DNA of 19,169 bases, taken from positions 1-19,169 of the forward strand of contig DAIENX010000005.1 of assembly GCA_027340875.1 (NCBI GenBank), read 5' to 3'. A program made the position numbers and the translations under genes. Shown here in pieces: positions 1 to 8,807 of the stretch. The DNA comes from Elusimicrobiota bacterium. Its GTDB lineage: Bacteria; Elusimicrobiota; Elusimicrobia; Elusimicrobiales; UBA9959. Every line of letters begins with the position of its first letter. The stretch's first letter is position 1. The notes under the pieces are model-generated. The model searched no databases. It saw only the letters and a program-made list of their open reading frames with translations, and had not been told where the DNA came from.

Positions 1-486
1 GGTCTTCGCGTAGACGCGGCAGTAGTTCTCCCCGGCCAGCTTGCTGACGGCGTAAGGCGAGATGGGCGCGGTGGGCAGGTCCTCGGTCTGCGGGAACACG
101 GGGCAGTCCCCGTAGGCGGAGCTGGTAGCGGCGTAGACGAAGCGCTTCACGCCGGCGGCCCTGGCGGCCATAAGCGCGTTCAGCGTGCCGGTGGCGTTGT
201 TGTCATGGGCGGCCAGCGGGTTATCCACCGACTTCGGCACCGAGCGGAAAGCGGCCTGATGCAGCACGTAGGTCACGCCCTTCATGGCCTTCGCGCAGTC
301 CTTCGGGCTCCGCAGGTCGCCCTTAACGAGCTCGATTTTGCCTTTAAAAGGCGCAAGATTCTCCGCCTTTCCGGTGGAGAAATTATCGAACACGCGCACG
401 CGCTTGCCGCGCCTTACCAGCTCCTCCACTATGTTGGAGCCTATGAACCCGGCCCCTCCGGTAACAAGCCAAAGCGGTTTTTTCAT
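1..486 (-). CDS. NAD-dependent nucleotide-sugar epimerase/dehydratase (extended SDR, UDP-Glc/GlcNAc 4-epimerase-like), 5' part; runs off the window
   Basis: Not in the ORF track; translated by hand from the ATG at 486: MKKPLWLVTGGAGFIGSNIVEEL...HQAAFRSVPKSVDNP...NATGTLN...YAATSSAYG...SPYAVSKLAGENYC. Has the GxxGxxG Rossmann motif and the catalytic YxxxK. AGGA SD-like sequence upstream. Confidence 0.93.
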   Translation of the reverse strand, partial: MKKPLWLVTGGAGFIGSNIVEELVRRGKRVRVFDNFSTGKAENLAPFKGKIELVKGDLRSPKDCAKAMKGVTYVLHQAAFRSVPKSVDNPLAAHDNNATGTLNALMAARAAGVKRFVYAATSSAYGDCPVFPQTEDLPTAPISPYAVSKLAGENYCRVYAKT

Positions 487-510
487 GGTTTTATTCCTGC
501 CTATACCCAA

Positions 511-539
511 AGTTTATCATTTTTCAAATTCATCTTAAA
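511..539 (-). promoter_or_regulatory. Putative sigma70-type promoter for the epimerase
   Basis: AT-rich patch. The minus strand reads TTTAAG-N17-TAAACT with an extended -10 (TGaTAAACT at 519-511). Confidence 0.45.
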
Positions 540-542
540 TGC

Positions 543-769
543 AGCGGCGGCATGTCCCCGAGTGAGCCGTTCGGGTGAGGCCCGGCTAAAAGGGCGGCAT
601 AATCATGCCGCACGTCCGGGCCGCAAGGCCGGAGGCGATTTTTCAACGAAAATCGCTGAGGCGGGGCCGCGCAAAACCGCTATGCGGTTTATGCGTGGTC
701 AGGGCCAGGCCTACGCCGGCCCTCTTCTGCCGCGCCCGCCCAGGCGAACGAGCGGGATATGCCGCCGCT
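543..769. repeat. Structured intergenic element: 16-bp terminal inverted repeat enclosing five hairpins (candidate ncRNA or MITE/REP-like repeat)
   Basis: AGCGGCGGCATGTCCC (543-558) pairs with GGGATATGCCGCCGCT (754-769), and CGTTCG (568-573) with CGAACG (745-750). Internal hairpins at 594-611, 615-633, 635-656, 665-700 and 701-723. Confidence 0.7.
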
Positions 770-2852
770 AGTCCCTTACCGCGCCTTCCTTGCGCCACGG
801 GTGCCAGAACTCCCTGGACTTCTCCTCCAGGCTGTCGTAGCGCACCGGGTCGTTCATCTTCAGGTTCACGAAGAAGAAGAACTCGTTCACCCCGCCCGAC
901 CGCACCCTGAAGTCCCAGCGCGTCCTGAAATCGTGGAAGTCCCTGTAAAGCGTTACGGCCTTCTCGAAGAATTTGAAGGATTCCAGTCTGGTCACGCCGT
1001 CCGGCACCAGCCGGTAGCGCAGCACCGCTTCCGCGCGCCACTTGGAGTTCCGCCACGGCCTGAAGCCGAATGTGTTGTTCAGCACCCAGGCCTCCTTGTC
1101 CGTGCTGTAGTTCGCCACCCCGGCCCCGAAATACCTCTCCCCGCCGCCGAACGTGGCCTGCGTGACGAAGCTCCTGTTCCCGGACAGGAAACTGTACGAA
1201 TCCTCGGCGTAAATATCCAGTGCGGGCCTTGGCGCGTAATAAACCTCCGCCGTCATGGGACCCATGCGGTGCGCGAAAGAGGCGGCATAGTAGTTCCGCA
1301 GGTCGTAGGAGGTCCGCGCCCTGAAATAGGCGTTATGGCGCGGCATGATGAACAGGTCCGCGTAAAGCGATTCCAGTTCCTGCCCCTTGTCGGGAGAGCG
1401 GGCGTCCACCGCGAAAGAGTTCACCTTCTCCCTGCGCGTGATCGCGTAGCGGAGGTCCAGCGAGCCCCACAGCCTGTCGTAGCGCAGATTGAGGTTGCCG
1501 CCGTAGCGCCCCACCCAGGCGTCTTCCACCGCGGAAGCCGTGGAGAGGTTTACCGCCTGGTCGTAGAACACGGACGGGGAGAGTATGACCCGGCGGCTGA
1601 GCGGCACCGTCTTGGAGAAGGTCCAGTTGCCGCGGCCCTTCTTTTGGTAGTAGGTAAGGCCGGGCTCCTTGGCGTTCTCGAAGTAGCCGGCGAAGGAGTT
1701 CAGCACCGGCAGCTTCACTATCTTGAACGGCACGGTGTTAAAATCCAGCCTGGGGGCCGACTCGTAATCTTTGACGAATTTCTCCGGGTTCGCGGGCGAG
1801 ATCTTGTCCCTGCCGTAAGCGCTCAGCCGCGTCACGGTATAGTTGCTCTTACGGGTGAAGGCTATGCTGGCCTGCTTATCCGGGCTGACGGCGAAAGGGT
1901 TGGTGCGGAAAAAATCGTTGTTGAAGTACGGGTCCGACAGCAGGCGGAAGAAGGACTGGCTGTAGTACTGGGCCGGGTCGGACTCATTGAATCGGTTCAG
2001 CAGGTGCCAGAATCCGCCGTTCACGCCCCAGCGGTCGCTCTCCCTGTTGTACTCGCGTATGCGGTAGGCGGACAGGTTGGTGATGTTCTTGCCGGGCTTG
2101 CGGTAGTCCACCTCGCCGCCCGTCCCGACGCCGCGCTTGTCGAAATAGTCCAGGTAGGCCTTGACCCGCATGTTCGGGTTCACCCTGTAGACGTAGTTGG
2201 ACTTCACGAAGAAGCCGTTGCGCTCGTCGTAACCGGGGTAGAAACTGCTGACGAACGGCGTGCCTCTGCCCATGGGCTTATAGATGACCGGGAAGTAGAA
2301 GATCGGTATCTTGCCGAGGAAGAAGAAGGTGTTGTAGGCGAGGAAGTACCTGTTCGGGGCAAGGTAGATGCGGGAGGCCCGCAGACGGTAATGCGGCGGC
2401 TCCTGGTCGCAGCTGGTCAGGCTGGCCTTCTTGTAGACGTAGCCGTCCGGGCCGAAGCTCACCGAGCGGCCGCGGAAGATGAAGTTCATATGCTGGAACC
2501 GGCCGTCCTTGATGTAGCCGGTGTCGTTGCCGTAATCGAAGAACGCGCTTTTGCCGTACACCGTACCCGTGTCGTCGTCCATCACAAAGTCGGAAGGGGC
2601 CGTAACCGTGCGGCTGGCCATGTTCACCACCAGCTCCCTGGCGCGTATCAGCTTCAGCTGCTTGCCCTGAGGGGATAGCTCCTCCAGCCTGACGTTCCCC
2701 TCCAGCCCTATCACGCGAGTGTACTCGTTGAAGCTGGCCTGGTCCGCCTCGAACTGCACCCGGTGCGTGCCGGTGGACGAAGGCAGGTCGTAGGCCCCGG
2801 CCGGGATGGCCGACGCCGCTATGACCCCCGCTAGTATCAGCTTCTTCGCCAC
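768..2852 (-). CDS. lptD: LPS-assembly protein LptD-like outer-membrane beta-barrel
   Basis: 694 aa, GTG start with a GGAG SD and a signal peptide. OstA-like N-terminal region (FEADQASF...LEGNV), TSCD..PHY...IPIFYFP motif, PGY...GF, and aromatic-rich alternating beta strands ending YRDFHDF...FFFFVNL. Confidence 0.8.
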   Translation of the reverse strand: MAKKLILAGVIAASAIPAGAYDLPSSTGTHRVQFEADQASFNEYTRVIGLEGNVRLEELSPQGKQLKLIRARELVVNMASRTVTAPSDFVMDDDTGTVYGKSAFFDYGNDTGYIKDGRFQHMNFIFRGRSVSFGPDGYVYKKASLTSCDQEPPHYRLRASRIYLAPNRYFLAYNTFFFLGKIPIFYFPVIYKPMGRGTPFVSSFYPGYDERNGFFVKSNYVYRVNPNMRVKAYLDYFDKRGVGTGGEVDYRKPGKNITNLSAYRIREYNRESDRWGVNGGFWHLLNRFNESDPAQYYSQSFFRLLSDPYFNNDFFRTNPFAVSPDKQASIAFTRKSNYTVTRLSAYGRDKISPANPEKFVKDYESAPRLDFNTVPFKIVKLPVLNSFAGYFENAKEPGLTYYQKKGRGNWTFSKTVPLSRRVILSPSVFYDQAVNLSTASAVEDAWVGRYGGNLNLRYDRLWGSLDLRYAITRREKVNSFAVDARSPDKGQELESLYADLFIMPRHNAYFRARTSYDLRNYYAASFAHRMGPMTAEVYYAPRPALDIYAEDSYSFLSGNRSFVTQATFGGGERYFGAGVANYSTDKEAWVLNNTFGFRPWRNSKWRAEAVLRYRLVPDGVTRLESFKFFEKAVTLYRDFHDFRTRWDFRVRSGGVNEFFFFVNLKMNDPVRYDSLEEKSREFWHPWRKEGAVRD

Positions 2853-2880
2853 TATTACGCTCCGTTCACCCCGTCCGCCG

Positions 2881-3825
2881 CTATTTCAGCGCCCGGTCCA
2901 GCCCGAACAGGGCCGCCCCGTGCGAGCCCAGGTCCGCGTCGTCCGAGATGCGTATCTTCACCCGCGAGAATGGCGTCTTGAGCTGCTGCTCGCGCAGCAC
3001 CTTCTTCATGGCCGGCAGGAACCACTTCCTGGCCCTGGACACGCCGCCGGTAAGCACCACGCAGCCGGGGTTGAGCACCAGTATCAGCGAGGCGAGGCCC
3101 CGGCCCAGGAAAGTCCCGGTCTCCGCCCAGATGCGCCTGGCCGCGGCGTTCCCCGCCGCAGCTGCGTTGGTGAGGCAGATGGTGTTGAACCGCTCCTTTC
3201 CCGGGGCGGCGTACCTCTTTATCATCGCGGCTTCGTTCCTTATCAGCTCCCTGGCCCTGGCCATTATGGCCCTGCTGCCGCAGTAGGCCTCAAGGCAGCC
3301 GCGGCCGCCGCAGCCGCAGAGACGGCCGCCCGGCTCTATCTTCATGTGGCCGGCCTCGCCGGCCGTGCCGGTGGCCCCGTGGTAGAGCTTTCCGCCCAGT
3401 ATCATGCCGGAGCCTATGCCGGTACCGAGCGTCAGCGTCAGAACGTCCTCGTATTTCCGCTTCAATTCTATCTCGTAGGCGCCCCAGGCCGCCATGTTGG
3501 CGTCGTTCTCCATGAAGCAGGGTAGCTTGGTCAGCTTCTCCAGCGGGCCGGTCAGGCTCACGTTCTCCCAGCGCAGGTTGGGGGCGAAGCGCAGCACGCC
3601 GCGGGACGGGTCCACGTCCCCGGCCGCGCCCATGCCTATGGAGACCAGCTGGCGGCCGTAATCGTGCCGCAGCGAGTCCACCGCGGCGCCCAGGCGCTTC
3701 AGGAAGGTCCGGGGTCCCTTCTCGGCCTCGGTCTTGAACCTGTCCTGCGCCAGCAGCTTGCCTGCGCGGTTCACCACGACCAGCTTGGTGTTGGTGCCGC
3801 CTATGTCTATGCCGATGCCTAGCAT
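2881..3825 (-). CDS. ROK family sugar kinase (glucokinase-like)
   Basis: Likely start MLGIGIDIGGT at 3825 with an AGGAGG SD, not 4002. Motifs ENDAN, GTGIGSG, GEAGH and the Zn-binding CGCGGRGCLEAY. Confidence 0.92.
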   Translation of the reverse strand: MLGIGIDIGGTNTKLVVVNRAGKLLAQDRFKTEAEKGPRTFLKRLGAAVDSLRHDYGRQLVSIGMGAAGDVDPSRGVLRFAPNLRWENVSLTGPLEKLTKLPCFMENDANMAAWGAYEIELKRKYEDVLTLTLGTGIGSGMILGGKLYHGATGTAGEAGHMKIEPGGRLCGCGGRGCLEAYCGSRAIMARARELIRNEAAMIKRYAAPGKERFNTICLTNAAAAGNAAARRIWAETGTFLGRGLASLILVLNPGCVVLTGGVSRARKWFLPAMKKVLREQQLKTPFSRVKIRISDDADLGSHGAALFGLDRALK

Positions 3826-5111
3826 TTCGCCTCCTGTCCGCAGCGCAGTATACCGAGCACTGACCCCGCCAGATAGAACGAGCCCAGCACGGCCACGGGC
3901 CCTCCGCCGGCAGCGGCGGCCGCTATCGCGGCGGCCAGGTCGTCGTGCACTTCGGCGTCGGCGTCCGGCCTTATCGCCAGCAGCTCGTCGGCCAGCGCGC
4001 ACGGGTCCGCCGCGCGCGGGGATTCCGGCCTAGTAAGGACGAACTTCTTCGCCAGCGGGGCCAGCATGGCCAGCAGCTCGCCGCGCTCCTTGTCCTGCAG
4101 CATGCCCAGCACGAAGACCGCCTTGCCGGTATTGAAAGGGGACGCCTTCCACGTGGAGACGAAAGCGGCCGCGGCCTCGGGATTGTGCGCGCCGTCTATC
4201 ACGAACAGGGCGTCTGAGAAAGAGGGTCCGCCGCGCAGCACCTGGAACCTGGCCGGCCAGCGCACCGAGGCGAAGCCGACGGCGGCGTGGACCTTGCTGA
4301 TGGGCCAGCCGCGGCCGCGCAGTATCTCCAGGCCTTCCCAGGCCAGCGTGGCGTTGTTCACCTGGCTCTCGCCCAGTATGCCGTAGTCGTAAAGATCGCC
4401 GGTCTTCTTGTGGCGCAGCGAGAGGCGGCCGCCGTTCCAGTCCCGCGCGGCTATCTCGAAGGCCGGGGCGAAGAAATGGCACTGGGCGCCCCTGGCCGCG
4501 GCCTCGGCCGAGACCTCGCGCCTGGCGTCGGGCGGAAGCAGGGGGGCCAGGCAGATACCGGACTGCTTGATTATCCCCGCCTTCTGGGACGCTATCTCGG
4601 CTATGGTAGCGCCCAGGTATTTCTTGTGGTCGTAGTCCACCGAGGTTATCACGCTGAGCTCCGGAGAAGGGAGCACGTTCGTCGTATCGAGCCTGCCGCC
4701 TATACCGACCTCTATCACCGCCAGCTGCACCCCGCAGCGGTCGAAATGGAGGAAGGCCATGCAGGTCAGCAGCTCGAAGAAGCTCAGGTCCGGCCCCGCG
4801 GCGAACACTTCCTCGAACAGCCGCGCGAAGTCCGCTTCGGCTATCTCCTCGCCGCTGACCTGGATGCGTTCGGTCATCCTGATCAGGTGCGGCGAGATGA
4901 AAAGGCCGGTCTTAAGGCCTGCGGCGCGCGCGGCGGCCTCGAACAGCGCGCAGACCGAGCCCTTGCCGTTCGTGCCGGTGACATGCACCGTCTTCAGGCG
5001 GTTCTGCGGGTTGCCCAGCTTCCCGAGGCAGGCGTAGACCCTGCCGAACCCTTCCTTCTTTACGTAATCCTGCCGCGAGACCAGCGTTCTTTCAGCTTCC
5101 GCGAAAGTCAT
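3819..5111 (-). CDS. folC: Bifunctional folylpolyglutamate synthase/dihydrofolate synthase
   Basis: HVTGTNGKGS P-loop, SPHL...ERI, EVGIGGRLDTTN, WPARF, DGAHN, GSFYL. The start is either 5111 (MTFAEA) or 5144. Confidence 0.93.
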   Translation of the reverse strand: MTFAEAERTLVSRQDYVKKEGFGRVYACLGKLGNPQNRLKTVHVTGTNGKGSVCALFEAAARAAGLKTGLFISPHLIRMTERIQVSGEEIAEADFARLFEEVFAAGPDLSFFELLTCMAFLHFDRCGVQLAVIEVGIGGRLDTTNVLPSPELSVITSVDYDHKKYLGATIAEIASQKAGIIKQSGICLAPLLPPDARREVSAEAAARGAQCHFFAPAFEIAARDWNGGRLSLRHKKTGDLYDYGILGESQVNNATLAWEGLEILRGRGWPISKVHAAVGFASVRWPARFQVLRGGPSFSDALFVIDGAHNPEAAAAFVSTWKASPFNTGKAVFVLGMLQDKERGELLAMLAPLAKKFVLTRPESPRAADPCALADELLAIRPDADAEVHDDLAAAIAAAAAGGGPVAVLGSFYLAGSVLGILRCGQEAKC

Positions 5112-5159
5112 GCGAGCCGGCCGGCTTGCGCTTCGCCCGGCCATCCTCCGGTACGCCCG

Positions 5160-6416
5160 TTACGCCTTCACCCGGGACACGTCCACGCCCAGGTCCTTGA
5201 GCTTCTGCAACAATCTCTCGTAGCCGCGGTCTATGTGATAGATGCGGCGTATGACCGATTTCCCCTTAGCCGCGGCGGCGGCCACCACCATCGCGGCGCC
5301 GGCGCGGATGTCCGAGCACATCACCGGAGCGCCCAGCAGCTGCGGCACGCCGCGCACCACGGCCTTCTGGCCGTGCACGGTTATGTCCGCCCCCATGCGC
5401 ACCAGCTCCGGCGCGTGCATGAAGCGGTTCTCGAAGATATGCTCGTGCACCTCGCTCAAGCCGTTGGCGCGCGCCATGAACACCATCCACGGCGCCTGCA
5501 GGTCGGTAGGGAAGCCGGGGTGCGGCTTCGTGGCCACGCTGACCGGCTTAGGGCGGCCGTGCGGGGCGATAACTTCCATCGAATCCTTGTAGCAGTTTAT
5601 CCTGGCCCCGGCCTTCTGCATGGCCTTGATCACGGCCGAGAGGGTCTTGGGGGCCGTATTGAGCAGGCGGATCCGGCCGCCGGCCGCGGCGCACAGCAGC
5701 ATGAAGGTGCCGGTCTCTATGCGGTCCGGCATCACGCTGTGTCTGAGTCCCTTGAGCTTCGCGGCGCCGGTCACCCTGATGGTGCTCTTCCCGGCCCCCT
5801 CCACCCTGGCGCCCATCTTGTTAAGGGCGGCGGCCAGGTCCTCTATCTCGGGCTCGCGAGCGCAGTTATCCAGCACCGTGGTCCCCTCTATCAGCGCCGC
5901 GCACATCATCAGGTTCTCGGTGGCGCCCACGCTGGGGAAACGGAACTTCACGCGGCCGGCCTTCAGCTTCTTCGCGCTCAGTATCACGTCGCCCTTCTCG
6001 TAGGTTATCTGCGCGCCCAGCTTCTTGAAACCTTCAAGATGTATGTCTATCGGCCGCATGCCTATGGAGCAGCCGCCCGGCATGGAGAAGCGCGCGGTCC
6101 TGTAGCGGGCCAGCAGCGGCCCCGCGGCCAGCACGGAGGCGCGCATCTTGCGCACCAGGTCGTACGGGGCGTGGTGCTTCAGGGAGGCATGCTCCTCCGC
6201 GACGAAGCTGCCGTAGCCATAGAAGCAGTTCTTGCCCAGGTAGTTCAGCAGCTCGAAGGTGGACTTTATGTCCATCAGCTCCGGCACGTTCCTTATCTCC
6301 GATTTTTCCTTGGTCAGCAGCGTGGCGAAAAGTATCGGCAGCGCCGCGTTCTTCGAGCCGCTTATCGTGGTCTGACCGGAGAGGGGCCGGCCGCCGCGTA
6401 TGATGAAATTGTCCAT
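5160..6416 (-). CDS. murA: UDP-N-acetylglucosamine 1-carboxyvinyltransferase
   Basis: 418 aa. SGSKNAALP, RKMRAS, PGGCSIGMRP (active-site Cys retained), SVGATEN, PGFPTDLQ, FENRFMH, HIDRGY. Confidence 0.98.
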   Translation of the reverse strand: MDNFIIRGGRPLSGQTTISGSKNAALPILFATLLTKEKSEIRNVPELMDIKSTFELLNYLGKNCFYGYGSFVAEEHASLKHHAPYDLVRKMRASVLAAGPLLARYRTARFSMPGGCSIGMRPIDIHLEGFKKLGAQITYEKGDVILSAKKLKAGRVKFRFPSVGATENLMMCAALIEGTTVLDNCAREPEIEDLAAALNKMGARVEGAGKSTIRVTGAAKLKGLRHSVMPDRIETGTFMLLCAAAGGRIRLLNTAPKTLSAVIKAMQKAGARINCYKDSMEVIAPHGRPKPVSVATKPHPGFPTDLQAPWMVFMARANGLSEVHEHIFENRFMHAPELVRMGADITVHGQKAVVRGVPQLLGAPVMCSDIRAGAAMVVAAAAAKGKSVIRRIYHIDRGYERLLQKLKDLGVDVSRVKA

Positions 6417-6417
6417 G

Positions 6418-7260
6418 TTATTTTTTCCTCGCGAAAACGAAGCGTTCCACCCCGCGCAGGTCGCTGAAGGTCTTCCTGTCCCTCCAGACGGCCGGCGGCA
6501 GCGCGGCAGCCAGTCCCCTGGCCTGGCCTTCCCCCAGCTCCAGCAGCATAGCTCCGCCTTTCTTCAGGCGCGACGGCGCCAGGCGCACCAGCATTCTGAC
6601 CACGTCCAGTCCGTCCCCTCCGCCGTCCAGAGCGACGCGCGGCTCGCTCAGCACTTCCGGGGCCAGACCCGGGATGACCCGCGTGGGGATATACGGCGGA
6701 TTAGAAACGATGGCGTCAAAAGGCCCCTTCACGGCGGAAAGGCTGCAGCCCTTCACGAACCCGACCCGCTCCGCCAGCCCAAGACGGGCGGCATTGGCCG
6801 TGGCGCAGGCGATGGCCCTGGCGGATTTCTCCACTCCGGTGACCTTAAGCGCAGGCAACTTCGCGGCCAGCCAGAGCCCGATGGCCCCTGAGCCGGAACC
6901 GTAATCGAGCGCCGAGAGCGCCCCCTTCCTGCCGCGCAGGAAATCGGCGGCCAGTCCCGCCAGCTCCTCCGTCTCGGGGCGCGGCACCAGCACCCGCTTG
7001 TCCACCTCTATCCTAAGGCCCCTGAAATCCTGCCAGCCCAGTATGTAGGCGAGCGGCAGCCCCTGCTCCTTGAGCAACAGGCCCTTCTCGAACTTCCGCA
7101 GAGCGGCGGGACCAACCTTGGTGTCCGGCTCGGCCAGCAGGCGCAGCCTTTCCACGCCAACGGCGTCGGCCAGCAGCCACTGGGCGTTCAAGTCCGGCTC
7201 GTCCACCCCGGCCGCCTCCAGGCGGGCCGCGGCCTCAGTCAGTATCCGTCCCGCCGTCAT
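6418..7260 (-). CDS. prmC: Release factor glutamine methyltransferase PrmC/HemK
   Basis: [19 protein letters not shown]-binding [20 protein letters not shown]. Directly downstream of prfA. Confidence 0.96.
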   Translation of the reverse strand: MTAGRILTEAAARLEAAGVDEPDLNAQWLLADAVGVERLRLLAEPDTKVGPAALRKFEKGLLLKEQGLPLAYILGWQDFRGLRIEVDKRVLVPRPETEELAGLAADFLRGRKGALSALDYGSGSGAIGLWLAAKLPALKVTGVEKSARAIACATANAARLGLAERVGFVKGCSLSAVKGPFDAIVSNPPYIPTRVIPGLAPEVLSEPRVALDGGGDGLDVVRMLVRLAPSRLKKGGAMLLELGEGQARGLAAALPPAVWRDRKTFSDLRGVERFVFARKK

Positions 7261-8308
7261 CCTTCCTTTCCTTGCCGATATTGAGCTTTATCTCTTCCAG
7301 CATCCCCCGGATGTTGCCTTCCATTATCTCCGGCATGTTGTGCCAGGACATCTGCACCCTGTGGTCGGTCACGCGGTTCTGCGGGAAATTGTAGGTGCGT
7401 ATCTTCTCGGAGCGGTCCCCGGTGCCCACCTGCGCCTTGCGCGCGCCCGCGGAGGCCTTCGCCTGGTTCTCCTCGTTTATCTGCGCGAGCTTGGCCACCA
7501 GCAGCGCCATCGCCTTCATGCGGTTCTGGCCTTGGGAGCGCTCCTCCTGGCACTGCGTCACTATGCCGGTGGGGATATGGGTGATGCGGACGGCCGTCTC
7601 CACCTTGTTGACGTTCTGGCCGCCGGCGCCGCCGGAGCGGTAGGTGTCCATCTTCAGGTCGGCCGGGTTGATCTTGACCTCGACCTCGTCCACTTCCTTC
7701 ATTATGGCGACGGTGACGGTGGAGGTATGCACGCGGCCGCTGGCCTCGGTCTGCGGCACGCGCTGCACGCGGTGCACGCCACCCTCGTATTTGAACCAGG
7801 CGTAAGGGTCCTGGCCGGATATAAAAAGCACCGCGCTCTTGACGCCCTTGAGGCCGGTGGAGGAAAGGTCCCTGAGCTCCGCCTTCAGGCCTATGCTAGC
7901 CGCGAAGCGGGTGTACATGCGCAGCAGGTCGCCGGCGAACAGGGCGGACTCGTCGCCGCCTACCCCGGCGCGCACCTCGAGGAAGATATTGCGGGAATCG
8001 TCCGGGTCGGGAGGGATGACCAGGACCTGCAACTTCTTGGAAAGGGCGGCCGCCTTCTCTTCCAGCCCGGGCAGTTCCGCGGCGGCCAGCTCGGCCATCT
8101 CCTTGTCGGTGGACGAGGCCATCTGGCGGGTGTCCTCGGCCTCCTTCGCGGCCCGCTCGAGGGCCGCGGCGGTGTCCAGCACCTGGCGGCAGGCGGCGTG
8201 GCGACGGGAGAACTTCTCTATCTCGGCGGGCTGCAGCCCGCCGGAGGCCAGGCGGGCCTCGATCTCCGCGAACTCCCTCTTGATAGCTTCCAGCTCTTTT
8301 TCAAGCAT
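7235..8308 (-). CDS. prfA: Peptide chain release factor 1
   Basis: 357 aa. [10 protein letters not shown] (RF1 PxT motif), GAGGQNVNK (GGQ), [19 protein letters not shown]. Confidence 0.98.
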   Translation of the reverse strand: MLEKELEAIKREFAEIEARLASGGLQPAEIEKFSRRHAACRQVLDTAAALERAAKEAEDTRQMASSTDKEMAELAAAELPGLEEKAAALSKKLQVLVIPPDPDDSRNIFLEVRAGVGGDESALFAGDLLRMYTRFAASIGLKAELRDLSSTGLKGVKSAVLFISGQDPYAWFKYEGGVHRVQRVPQTEASGRVHTSTVTVAIMKEVDEVEVKINPADLKMDTYRSGGAGGQNVNKVETAVRITHIPTGIVTQCQEERSQGQNRMKAMALLVAKLAQINEENQAKASAGARKAQVGTGDRSEKIRTYNFPQNRVTDHRVQMSWHNMPEIMEGNIRGMLEEIKLNIGKERKDDGGTDTD

Positions 8309-8331
8309 AGGCGGCTAGGGACGGGGACATG

Positions 8332-8368
8332 AAAAAACGGGCGCCCCATTTGTAATGGAACGCCCGTT
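8332..8368 (-). terminator. Intrinsic terminator after rpmE
   Basis: Minus strand: AACGGGCG-TT-CCATT-ACA-AATGG-GG-CGCCCG-TTTTTT. The TT/GG positions pair as U.G only on the minus strand, and a U6 tract follows. Confidence 0.85.
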
Positions 8369-8380
8369 CACGCGGCGAAG

Positions 8381-8746
8381 CTACTTCGACTCGGCTTTCG
8401 GAGCGGCCTTCGCGGCGGGCTTCGCCGGGGCCTTCTCGTCCTTCTTGGCCACGGTGGCCGCGGAGGAGAGCTTGCGCTTGACGGTGTGGCGCGGGGAAAC
8501 GGACTTCACCGCGGTCTTCTGGGCCTTGCGCTCCACCATCTTGCCGCCGGTGGCGGCGAACTTCTTCTGGAAGCGCTCCACGCGGCCGGCGGTGTCGAGC
8601 AGCTTCTGCTTGCCGGTGTAGAAGGGATGGCAGGCGTAGCAGATCTCGACCTTGATCACGGGCTTCACAGAGCGCGTCTGGAACTTATTGCCGCAGGCGC
8701 AGGAAACCTCGCAAAGATTGTAGCTGGGGTGTATGTCGTTTTTCAT
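8381..8746 (-). CDS. rpmE: 50S ribosomal protein L31, Zn-binding (C+) type, with a basic C-terminal extension
   Basis: MKNDIHPSY...CACGN...[35 protein letters not shown]. Confidence 0.97.
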   Translation of the reverse strand: MKNDIHPSYNLCEVSCACGNKFQTRSVKPVIKVEICYACHPFYTGKQKLLDTAGRVERFQKKFAATGGKMVERKAQKTAVKSVSPRHTVKRKLSSAATVAKKDEKAPAKPAAKAAPKAESK

Positions 8747-8777
8747 AGCGTGTTCCTTGTTAAATTTGTGAAATCAT

Positions 8778-8786
8778 ATTATAGCA
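8778..8786 (-). promoter_or_regulatory. Extended -10 promoter for rpmE
   Basis: Perfect TGcTATAAT on the minus strand about 30 nt upstream of the rpmE ATG, followed by an AT-rich leader. Confidence 0.75.
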
Positions 8787-8807
8787 TATCAGGAAGCTTC
8801 CCCGGAA

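Noticed and set aside
543..769. Assigning the element to tRNA, tmRNA, RNase P, SRP, a hammerhead ribozyme, a CRISPR array or a simple terminator
   Set aside because: No T-loop or CCA context, no GAGGAAAGUCC, no SRP domain IV or CUGANGA core, no direct repeat-spacer periodicity and no U tract. 6S RNA cannot be fully excluded without a covariance search.
205..1056. ORFs 205..771 (+), 605..910 (+) and 643..1056 (-) crossing the structured element
   Set aside because: They overlap real genes, have low-complexity Arg/Ala/Pro/Gly composition and contain no domain motifs.
3826..4002. Arg-rich N-terminal extension of the ROK ORF
   Set aside because: It is an alternative frame inside folC; the ATG at 3825 has a strong SD and begins the ROK motif.
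6050..6080. Possible fosfomycin-resistant MurA variant
   Set aside because: The active-site Cys is retained (PGGCSIG), so this is the ordinary type.
8792..8801. Palindrome GGAAGCTTCC just upstream of the rpmE -10 box
   Set aside because: It could be an operator, but a single 10-bp palindrome with no second copy or known regulator match is not enough evidence.
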